A stretch of 64,000 bases of DNA from Enterobacter phage EC-F2, in the sequence record MN508624.2; one strand, written 5' to 3'. Positions 46,984 to 55,140 of the stretch are shown piece by piece. Both the position numbers and the translations under genes were made by a program. The notes beneath the pieces were generated by a model that worked only from the letters and a program-made list of their open reading frames with translations, ran no database searches and was not told where the DNA came from. Positions within the stretch are counted from its first letter, which is position 1, and every line of letters begins with the position of its first letter.

Positions 46984-49197
46984 ATGGCAGATTTAAAAGC
47001 GGGTACTACCGTTGGCGGTAATACTATCTGGAGTCAGGCGAACTTGCCTTTGCTCCCTTCTGGAAACACAATCACATATAAAGGCTTTAAAATCTACACC
47101 GAAAACGATAAGCCAACAAAGGCAGAAATCGGATTAGGCAACGTAACGAACGATGCACAGGTGAAGAAAGCTGGCGACGATATGACCGGATCGTTGAACA
47201 TTACGGGCGCAAACAGTCAATTAACTGTTCCTTATCGTCTGTTGATGCAACGCGCGGTTGCTGGCGATCCGTATGTGTTATTTGTTCGTCCAGATAACAA
47301 CCCTGTATCAAACGGCTATCCGTCAAGCACTCTTCGAGTAATGACTATCACTGCACGTACCGCAACAACAGCAGATCCGGTTTCTGGTGCTAAACTGGCT
47401 AACGTATTAGCAGATCAGACAGCACAGGGTAACGGATCACTAACATTACAAGCATTTGCAGCCCCAAATACAACCACAGGCGCAAGCGGTGCGCGAACAG
47501 CAGAGATTTACCTAAACGGCAACGGTGAAATATCTTTTATCGGAAGTGGGCTGAACATTGGCATGACAACCAGGGTCAATGGTACTTTGTTTGGTACACA
47601 AATGGCAATCAAAGGAGATTCTAACCGAAATCTGTTCTTCCAGGATGCTGGTGGTAATGAACTCGGTTTGATCTATGCCGATACAGGAAAGAACTTATAT
47701 GTTCGTACTGGTGGCGGTGCATACGCAACCAGATTTGCATCTGATGGAACTTTAGTTCTCGCTAACCATCTAACTGTTCCTGGACAGGCTACATTTAATG
47801 GTCTGGGTGTGTTCAATAACCGTGCTTCTGTAGGCGTAGATTACGATTCACAAGGAACAAACTCAGCAATCCTTCGTATTGATACAAGCGGGGATGGAAA
47901 CGCAGTTGGTGATGGTGTTACTCACTTTGGATATAAAGACAGCAACGGACGATACAACCATTATTTCCGTGGTACTGGTTCGACTTTCATCAACACCAAA
48001 TTAGGTCTTAACGTAAACGTACCATCGTATTATAACGACGTTCCACAGGGCACACCAGCACAATATTTCTTGCCTACTGTTGGTCAGGGCGGGAAAAACT
48101 ATTTGCGTCAGTTCCGAGGCGGTAACGCGGACACAATCTGGCATGAAACTGTTCAGGGCGGTACTTATCGTTTAGCAACAGGTAGCACTGATGCGCAGGA
48201 AGAATTGCAGATCTCTACTGCTGGTTATATTCGAGGTCGTAACGAAATTCAATCGGCATCATGTGGTTCTGGTGGACAGTTCCGCGCGGTACAAGGAAAC
48301 TATGGATTCTTTATCCGAAATGATGGTGGTAACACCTATTTCATGCTTACTGAATCTGGAAACCCTTACGGCGCATGGGGTGATCTTCGCCCGTTGGTGA
48401 TTAGCAACGGCACTGGTACTGTGTCTATGAACAACGGTGTTAACGTTGGTGGTGGTTTGGATGTAAGCGGCGCTACTAAGTTCAGCAATGGTATCGGTTG
48501 TGGTACTCCAAACGGATTGGGCGCAAACGCGATATCACTAGGTGATACTGATACTGGTTTTGTTCAAGAAGGCGATGGTATTCTCAACGCTTATGCAAAC
48601 AGTCAACGAATCCAACGATGGACAACGGGGGCTACAGCAGTCTATAAGCAGTTGCAGGTTCAGGGTATTAACGGGCCAGCATTGCTTCTGAATAACACAG
48701 CAAGCAATCAGTCTGTATATATGCTGTTGCAATATGCAGGTAGTAACGCGGGTTATTTGGGTTTTGGTGGTTCTGATAATACCATGTCAATGCACAACTA
48801 TCAGACGAATACAACGATACAATTACGTACTTCCGATCTGTATATGAACCGTGCATTATATGGTGAAAGTACAGGCAACTTTACCGATGTGTATATTCGT
48901 TCGGATCGCCGTCTGAAATCAAATCTGGTTGAGATCAAAGACGCTCTGTTTAAAGTAGAACAGCTTACGGGCTATGTATACGATAAACAATCAAAAGACG
49001 CTGATGAAATTGTATATCACCGTGAATCGGGGTTGATTGCGCAAGATGTTCAGGAAGTATTGCCTGATGCAGTCAAAGAAGATCATAACTCAGGTATGCT
49101 TACGATTTCTCCTGCTGGCGTTAACGCGCTTCTGGTCAACGCAATTAACGAACTGCGCGAACGTCTGGAAGCAATCGAAAACAAATTAGGGGCTTAA
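46984..49197 (+). CDS. 37: Long tail fibre distal subunit (gp37, T2/S16 type) with a gp36-like N-terminus and a C-terminal intramolecular chaperone (SDRRLK)
   Basis: [26 protein letters not shown] aligns with T4 gp37 [25 protein letters not shown]. The N-terminus [12 protein letters not shown] is gp36-like. The C-terminus [13 protein letters not shown]...[16 protein letters not shown] is an S74-type module. It is followed by a gp38 adhesin, as in T2. Confidence 0.8.
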   Translation: [737 protein letters not shown]

Positions 49198-49222
49198 TGC
49201 CCCTCTTTAAGAGGAATATTTT

Positions 49223-50035
49223 ATGGCTGTTGTAGGCGTACCTGGTTGGATCGGGTCTTCTGCTGTAAGCGAAACGGGTGAAAGATGGATGTCCGCTGCT
49301 GCGGGACAACTTCGATTATCTGCTGCTGGTTATATGTCACGATTTGCGGGGATCTCCCGCGAACAATCAATAACGATTTCCGCAAGCAACGCATACGCAT
49401 GGTCAACCCTGGTCAATCAGATTAAATCATTGGGTGTGTCCGGTGGTGCATTCAAAATTACTGTTGTCGGGAACATCGTTTCAAGCAGTGCTGGTGCTCC
49501 GTGCCTTAACTTCACATCTGATCTTGCGGGTGTTGATTATATTGAACTGATCATTAACTCTGGTGTAGGTGTTATGGGTCGTGGTGGTGCGGGTGGTGGT
49601 GATAACACAGGTGGCGCGTATTCATCCGGCGAAAATGGTGGTGTCGGTATTACTAACGCGATCGGAAACAAACTGCGAATAACGAACAATGGTTATATTG
49701 CGGGTGGTGGTGGTGGTGGTGGCCTGGTAAACATGCCAACTTCTACATCACGACGTGTACAGGTATCCGGTGGTGGTGGTCGACCTTTCGGTGCTGCTGG
49801 TACAGGTGGTTATGACGGTAACGGTACAGCGGCAACAATTTCCGCTCCTGGTTCCGGTGGTTCTTCGAGTCTATCACAAGCTGGTGCGGGTGGTAACTTA
49901 GGTGCGGCTGGTCAATATCCACCTAAAGCCGATGGTCGTCTGGAAGCTCAAGCGGCGGGTGCTGCGGGTGCTGCGGTTAACGGTAACGCGCCAACGTGGA
50001 GAACTGTAGGGACAATTTACGGTTCGAGAGTTTAA
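49223..50035 (+). CDS. 38: Receptor-recognising adhesin gp38 (T2/S16 type) with glycine-rich motifs and variable segments
   Basis: The N-terminus MAVVGVPGWIGSSAVSETGERWMSAAAGQLRL is near-identical to T2-type gp38. There are multiple GRMs (GRGGAGGGDNTGG, GGGGGGG, SGGGGRPFGAAGTGG, GAGGNLGAAGQ). Confidence 0.9.
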   Translation: MAVVGVPGWIGSSAVSETGERWMSAAAGQLRLSAAGYMSRFAGISREQSITISASNAYAWSTLVNQIKSLGVSGGAFKITVVGNIVSSSAGAPCLNFTSDLAGVDYIELIINSGVGVMGRGGAGGGDNTGGAYSSGENGGVGITNAIGNKLRITNNGYIAGGGGGGGLVNMPTSTSRRVQVSGGGGRPFGAAGTGGYDGNGTAATISAPGSGGSSSLSQAGAGGNLGAAGQYPPKADGRLEAQAAGAAGAAVNGNAPTWRTVGTIYGSRV

Positions 50036-50088
50036 GTAAATTCCTAAATATAATCGGGGGTCGGCATCCCCGAACTTGAGGATTAAAC

Positions 50089-50733
50089 ATGGCGCTATTA
50101 CAAGATAAATTGGCGGTGCTTGAACGGGTAATATCGTTCATCATGGCGGTCAAAACATGGAAACAGTTATTCATTAAATTGGTTCTTATCGTCACTATTT
50201 TCATTATGTTCGTAACATGGTACAAGTGGGATGACTTATTTTCAGTCTGGAAAACATCTTCAAGCGTTATAGACGTGCCGACGATGGAGATTGAAAAGGC
50301 AAAAAAGTTTGAATCCGCATCCATCGAACAGTTAAACATAGTGCATTTAACTACGGGTGCGGATTTTTCGGCAATCTTTGGGTTCAGACCTAAGAATGTC
50401 AATTATTTTGTTGATATAATTGCGTATGAAGGGAAGTTACCGCAACAGATTAACCCGAAAAATCTGGGTGGCTATCCTATAGACAAGACATCGGAAGAGT
50501 ATAATAGACATATAAACGGGCTGTACTATATCTCAGATATTGCAAGCCCGTATCTTCCAACAAAAGACCTTGTTCCGGTAGCATATACCTTTAGTTGTCC
50601 TTATTTCAATCTAGAAAACTACTATTCTGGATCGATTCTAATGGAATGGTATATACAGAAGCCCGAAGTCACCGATACGAAGTTGATGATCGTGTGCAAT
50701 CAGGCCGCTAGAATTTTAGGCAGGGTTCGATGA
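50089..50733 (+). CDS. t: Holin (gp t)
   Basis: 214 aa, collinear with T4 T holin (EQL.IVH..ADFSA...FRPKN.NYFVDIIAYEGKLP....LGGYP.DKT..EY..H.NG...YSCPYFNL.N.Y.G...M.WY....ICAQAARILGR). It has an N-terminal TM segment. Confidence 0.95.
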   Translation: MALLQDKLAVLERVISFIMAVKTWKQLFIKLVLIVTIFIMFVTWYKWDDLFSVWKTSSSVIDVPTMEIEKAKKFESASIEQLNIVHLTTGADFSAIFGFRPKNVNYFVDIIAYEGKLPQQINPKNLGGYPIDKTSEEYNRHINGLYYISDIASPYLPTKDLVPVAYTFSCPYFNLENYYSGSILMEWYIQKPEVTDTKLMIVCNQAARILGRVR

Positions 50734-50991
50734 TAATTTCAGTTTCAAACCGCTTAAAGCCCGATTGATGAAATCTTTTACTTTCGTCATCTGGTTTTTA
50801 TCGTATATGTCCCATACGCGCATGAGTTCGTAAGGTGTCGGAACATATTCATCGTTCCAGTATCCAACATTACCTATCGTAATGCGCCGGAAACCAGCCT
50901 CTACGCTGTGATATACAAAGAACCCAGCCTTACCCACAGGGGCGACTTTAAAACCGCGTGTAGCGGCTTTCATGGCTTCGTCGTGTGTCAT
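50716..50991 (-). CDS. DUF2829 (Tad2-like) small protein, candidate anti-Thoeris/cyclic-nucleotide sponge
   Basis: 91 aa. MTHDEAMKAATRGFKVAPVGKAGFFVY follows the DUF2829 N-terminal pattern (M.F.EAL.ALK.GKKVAR.GWNGKG.FIY). PTPYELMRVWDIY matches the C-terminal PW..SQ.D.LAEDWEIV pattern. Confidence 0.4.
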   Translation of the reverse strand: MTHDEAMKAATRGFKVAPVGKAGFFVYHSVEAGFRRITIGNVGYWNDEYVPTPYELMRVWDIYDKNQMTKVKDFINRALSGLKLKLSSNPA

Positions 50992-51290
50992 GATAGAATC
51001 ACTTCGCCTCTGTATTGATTGTGATAGATGTATGGACGAACACCCAGTGGGTGATTATCTATGACTAAGATCAGGTCAAGTTCGTCGTGGTTATCATCTT
51101 CTGCAACTATATCCCAGTCGGTCGCTTTCTGTTCTTCAACACTGGCAATGAATACCTTGTTAATCTCAACCTTGCGGTGAGAACGTCGAATGATCGTATC
51201 CCCTTCACGGAACACGATCATATCTGGGTTAATTGGACGGTACGCGGTTTTACCCGCGCACACTTCGTTTAACATTTCTTCGTAAGTCAT
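50988..51290 (-). CDS. Second DUF2829 (Tad2-like) small protein with a ~35-aa C-terminal extension
   Basis: 100 aa. MTYEEMLNEVCAGKTAYRP... and ...IASVEEQKATDWDIV match the DUF2829 N- and C-terminal signatures (LASQTD.LAEDWEIV). ATGA overlap with the downstream paralogue. Confidence 0.45.
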   Translation of the reverse strand: MTYEEMLNEVCAGKTAYRPINPDMIVFREGDTIIRRSHRKVEINKVFIASVEEQKATDWDIVAEDDNHDELDLILVIDNHPLGVRPYIYHNQYRGEVILS

Positions 51291-52089
51291 TCTAATACCT
51301 TTACTCGCTGAACGATTGTTTGTTTAACTTCTTTGTATTCGTTGTGAAGTTTGGGTGTCGCTTTGAAGCGAATCACATCACCCTCTTCAACAATTTTGTT
51401 TCCGTAGTAGATAACCACGTTACCATCTACGTTGATTTTGGTCATGAAACGTTCCACTTCGGTGTAATAAGAAACTTGGGTATATCCGAGAGAAATCACT
51501 TTCTCAACAACACCGCTCATTTCCATACGCTTACCGATTTCCCCGATGTGCTGCGCTGCTGCGATCTTCGCCTGGCGCTCTGCTTCCCATTCTGCGCGGA
51601 TCTCTTCACGTTTAGCGATGTAATCCTTCTCCAGCGCTACGCCCATGCAGTAAGAGCAAATAGCCTGAAATACTGGGCTATCGTTGCCGTTTTCTTTGCA
51701 CTGATCAGCCCACCACAGAATCGTATACATCGGCATATCAGCAATCACTTCACCTTTACGCTTACCGATTGGCATGATGCCCTGTTCCAGCAGTTCCAGG
51801 TTTTCGGTATCCTGTACAGACAGTTTGCCGCGACGTTCAAACAGATCGAAATCTGCGAATCCCTGGAACACCATCTGGAAAGTGTCGGTCTGGTTCAGAC
51901 GATCCACCATGCGATCGAAGTATTCACGCGCTTTCGCTTCTGCTTTATCTGGGTCGGTAGACAGGTTGCAGATATAGTTATCAGAAGTGAATCCACCTCC
52001 ACGACGCTCTACACGCAGGGTGTACATAGCGTTTTTAGCGCCAGAAGAAATGAAGTATGTCGCGGTAACTTTAGTCAGGTTAGTCATGG
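51287..52089 (-). CDS. Hypothetical protein (~267 aa)
   Basis: I chose the internal ATG (MTNLTKV), which has a perfect AAGGAGA RBS. No family recognised. Confidence 0.45.
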
Positions 52090-52130
52090 TGAATCTCCTT
52101 AGTGGTTTCGTTTCGACAAGGCCAATATAG

Positions 52131-52162
52131 CAAAAGCCCTCAACCGAAGTCAAGGGCTTTTT
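52131..52162. terminator. Bidirectional hairpin terminator
   Basis: AGCCCTCAACCGAAGTCAAGGGCT flanked by AAAA and TTTTT. Confidence 0.6.
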
Positions 52163-52163
52163 A

Positions 52164-52391
52164 TCATGCGTTCGAATCTTTCATAACTTTATGAAGATGG
52201 ATATCAAAAATTTTCCAGTATGCTTTTCCGCGAGGATAAATTTTTGCTTTATCAATGTCTTCGTTGCTTCCCCATGTATTGTTTGGGTTACGACAACGAT
52301 TTTTTGTATAATCCATGTGCCAGAATAAGCGCTGCACCGATGAATCTGTGCCTAATGGATCTTCTTTGCTGAACAGAATTTGTGAACTCAT
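52164..52391 (-). CDS. Hypothetical protein (75 aa)
   Basis: ORF. ATGA-type overlap with the upstream gene. Confidence 0.35.
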   Translation of the reverse strand: MSSQILFSKEDPLGTDSSVQRLFWHMDYTKNRCRNPNNTWGSNEDIDKAKIYPRGKAYWKIFDIHLHKVMKDSNA

Positions 52392-52717
52392 AAGAAGAAA
52401 CCTGTTCGAACTACTAAATCGATCTGTTTTTCCGGTATCAGTGGCGCTTTATCGTCAACGTTGCACTGATAATACATCCCGACATACTCATGAGGAACGT
52501 TGGATTCGCTCGCCCATTTCAGGTTGTCATCTGTACGCGGCCCTAACATGAGGTTAACGATATTGACAGCGTGATCCTGTTCTGGGGTATTGTTGCATCC
52601 GTTCACATAATGTCCGTGAGCGGTTTCGAGGATTTCAATGATATCTTCGTCGGCTTCAACGAGATACAGCCCCGTGTTTTCTGGGATTTCCTCAAGAATA
52701 ATCAAAGCGGTTTTCAT
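52388..52717 (-). CDS. Hypothetical acidic protein (~109 aa)
   Basis: I chose the internal start MKTALIIL, which has an AAGGT RBS. The longer ORF-track form (to 52804) is possible. Confidence 0.35.
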   Translation of the reverse strand: MKTALIILEEIPENTGLYLVEADEDIIEILETAHGHYVNGCNNTPEQDHAVNIVNLMLGPRTDDNLKWASESNVPHEYVGMYYQCNVDDKAPLIPEKQIDLVVRTGFFL

Positions 52718-52822
52718 CACACTTACCTTTATGTTTCTGCTTACGTTTTGCTTCTTTAAGTGCTCGCTTGCGATCGCGGTGAGTAGAAGCGCGGTTGAAA
52801 TCATGTTTCGCTACCAGGTTGT

Positions 52823-53053
52823 TCATCGAGGATATAATGGCACATGATGTTGAATACTGACTTCGCCATACAGTTTTACGATAGTTAAGCTATCAGATCC
52901 TTTAACAATTCTGTATTTTTCTGGAACAACGCGGTCGATTTCTTTTTTGACAAAGTTAAGCAATCCGAAGTCATCTATATCTTTTGGTGCTTTGGAAATA
53001 GAAGACAACGATACTCGTTGACGTGAATCATAGTACGAAGAAATTACAAACAT
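52823..53053 (-). CDS. Hypothetical protein (76 aa)
   Basis: ORF only. Confidence 0.3.
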   Translation of the reverse strand: MFVISSYYDSRQRVSLSSISKAPKDIDDFGLLNFVKKEIDRVVPEKYRIVKGSDSLTIVKLYGEVSIQHHVPLYPR

Positions 53054-53097
53054 ATATTATTTTCCTTATTGGGGCTTTTCAGCCCCATTTTAGATAA

Positions 53098-53352
53098 TTA
53101 ATCCAGCAGTTTGCGGATTTTATCCGCGATACGTCCGGCGCGTGTTGCGCTTGCGGTATGATCGCTTTCTTTGGTAGCCAGTTCAGCCAGCTTACGCTGA
53201 TGTTCTTCTTCCGCTGCTTTGCGGTCTGCTGCTACCTGTGCGACCTGTTCGTTATCGTGAGCAATACGCGCTTCGAGTTCGGTCAGGGTTTTGTCAAAAG
53301 TTGCTACGATTTCGTCTACAGAACGGATTTTGGAAAACAGTTTCATATTCAT
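53098..53352 (-). CDS. Hypothetical coiled-coil protein (84 aa)
   Basis: Highly charged helical sequence. Confidence 0.35.
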   Translation of the reverse strand: MNMKLFSKIRSVDEIVATFDKTLTELEARIAHDNEQVAQVAADRKAAEEEHQRKLAELATKESDHTASATRAGRIADKIRKLLD

Positions 53353-53360
53353 TATCTCAA

Positions 53361-53798
53361 TTAGTATGGTTGGAATTCAAAGTCAAACAGATCATTTAGT
53401 GCGCGGTTGTATTCAGTATAGTTCTCACCATCCCCGAACCGCATCTGAATCGCGCTTTCCGCTATTGTACCAGTAAGATTTGAGAAACCAAAGAGGTTTT
53501 TAATCTTATCGTGTGCAACGAAGTACAGAGAAGCACTATCCAGCAAGGCCACCATCGCTGATGGTTCGTGTTCGCGGCGTTTGATACGTAACAGAGTACG
53601 GTTTGCGCCAGTCTTACGGCGTTGATTTGGGGCTACGTAGAATCGGAATACTACCTTACCCGTTTTATCATCAACTACCAGGTAGAAGCCGTGTTCTTTC
53701 AGGTCAACCCCTTCGAACTTGGTGAAGTCACCGCGCTTCATGTCACCTATCTTAACAGCGTATTTGTGGATGTCAAGTCTTGTCAGAATTCTTTTCAT
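53361..53798 (-). CDS. ndd: Nucleoid disruption protein Ndd
   Basis: GFYLVVDDKTGKVV..FRFYVAPNQRRKTG...LLRIKRR aligns with T4 Ndd (GFYFLVSKLDGRPF..ARFYVGNQRSKQG....SHIRQRR), and the C-terminal YTEYNRALNDLFDF..QPY aligns with [22 protein letters not shown]. Confidence 0.75.
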   Translation of the reverse strand: MKRILTRLDIHKYAVKIGDMKRGDFTKFEGVDLKEHGFYLVVDDKTGKVVFRFYVAPNQRRKTGANRTLLRIKRREHEPSAMVALLDSASLYFVAHDKIKNLFGFSNLTGTIAESAIQMRFGDGENYTEYNRALNDLFDFEFQPY

Positions 53799-54186
53799 TT
53801 TTCTTTACCAGTTTATTTCCGAATTTGGTGTTTACACCAGTTTTCATATTCATAGTCAGTGCCAGTAAGAAGATAGGGCATGACAAAATCAAGATCGTTG
53901 ATCCGAACAGCAAACGAACTAAGCGAATCAATAACGTCCCGAACCATTTCATCGGTATCTCTACCCACTTCTGAACCGTTGCGAGCACCAGCATAACATA
54001 ACCCAGATTAAATGCAAGGGCTGTTGCGATAATACCGTAAGGTTTTTTGAAGTATGTCTGTTCGCCGTCTTCTGTGCGTCCAGCGGTAACGTTGCCTCCG
54101 TTCCAGAGTTCTTTAGCGGTTTTAATGGCTGTTTCTGCCCCGCTCAAGTTCTGCCAGTAGTCAGGAATGCTATGTAGGAATTTCAT
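53773..54186 (-). CDS. Membrane protein (2-3 TM segments)
   Basis: 137 aa. Hydrophobic stretches are IIATALAFNLGYVMLVLA and LLFGSTILILSCPIFLLAL. Confidence 0.45.
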   Translation of the reverse strand: MKFLHSIPDYWQNLSGAETAIKTAKELWNGGNVTAGRTEDGEQTYFKKPYGIIATALAFNLGYVMLVLATVQKWVEIPMKWFGTLLIRLVRLLFGSTILILSCPIFLLALTMNMKTGVNTKFGNKLVKKNEKNSDKT

Positions 54187-54231
54187 AATCGAATCCTCCG
54201 CGCCTGAATCGCTCCAGGCGCTGTTTTGGGG

Positions 54232-55140
54232 TTAGTAGTGACTGAATCCCACAGTTACATCACGCATCACCTGATAACGACATACGCGCATCTTAGCGTT
54301 GTCGTAATCTGTTGGGATTGCTACAACATCGCGAGGATTAACCTTAACCTGAATGACTCGCCCACGTCCTCCGCCATAGTGAGGCAGGTACGATTTTGCG
54401 GCAACATGCAAACCACATGAACAGGTTCGGTTTTTATTCTCGTCTACCTGGTTACGTGGCATTTCAACCACAACACCAGGGGAGTTATCGAACTTACCGG
54501 AAGCCAGATCGCGGAAGTCTTCACGAACACGTTTCCACGCGTAGAAATCTCCATCATCTGCCAGTTCGATATCGTTATGCACCATGAACCCGTAAAGCTG
54601 ATACACAGCATCGCGTGAAGGGTTTTCCATCAACTTCTCGAAGAAGTTCACCAGGTGCTCGTAAGGGCGATCGTTGTACATTTCACGAACGATACGTTGC
54701 GTGATACCGCTGTCAAACACGATATCTTTGTACAGGACTTTATGCCCGATGATTTTAATGTTGCCTTTGCTGTAAATCTTCAACGCTTGCGTTGTGTCCA
54801 ACAGGGTAGCAACTCCCTCAATGTCACCCTTAACCATTAAAGCATGTGCTTTTTCGAAGTTAGGGTGTGACGAATCCGCTGTGATGATCTTGCCGTCCAG
54901 TACCAGAGTAATGAACGATTCAGAACCAATCATTTTAGATTTGACATCTGTTTGCGGAAGTGGTTTCGATGCTTCCGTATTATACTTAGAATGCTGTTCG
55001 GTAATAACGCGCCCGATGGTTCGGACGCTTACACCAAATTGTTTAGCCAGTGCGGTTTTGTTTGCGCTGGTCAGAAAGCCCTCATAAACTGCTTTCTTTT
55101 GTACATCATCAAGGATCTTAACGTTTCTCATTATTTCCAC
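54232..55140 (-). CDS. rIIB: rIIB
   Basis: 302 aa, collinear with T4 rIIB (ENPS..AV..L..F.V.NDIE...DG.FYAWK.V...F.D...FDNSPG.VV.MPR..V..D...TCS.GLHV..KSY..H.G.....V..VKV.PRDVV.IP.DY..AKMR.C.Y.V). Confidence 0.95.
   Translation of the reverse strand: MEIMRNVKILDDVQKKAVYEGFLTSANKTALAKQFGVSVRTIGRVITEQHSKYNTEASKPLPQTDVKSKMIGSESFITLVLDGKIITADSSHPNFEKAHALMVKGDIEGVATLLDTTQALKIYSKGNIKIIGHKVLYKDIVFDSGITQRIVREMYNDRPYEHLVNFFEKLMENPSRDAVYQLYGFMVHNDIELADDGDFYAWKRVREDFRDLASGKFDNSPGVVVEMPRNQVDENKNRTCSCGLHVAAKSYLPHYGGGRGRVIQVKVNPRDVVAIPTDYDNAKMRVCRYQVMRDVTVGFSHY

Noticed and set aside
49560-49990. Glycine-rich repeats in gp38, considered as a possible tandem-repeat or CRISPR-like array
   Set aside because: They are irregular protein-coding glycine-rich motifs of the gp38 adhesin, not spaced direct DNA repeats.
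51287-52153. Long form (288 aa) of the 51287 gene and assignment as MotA/AsiA
   Set aside because: The internal start has a perfect AAGGAGA RBS, so the short form is preferred. The sequence shows no similarity to T4 MotA or AsiA as I recall them.
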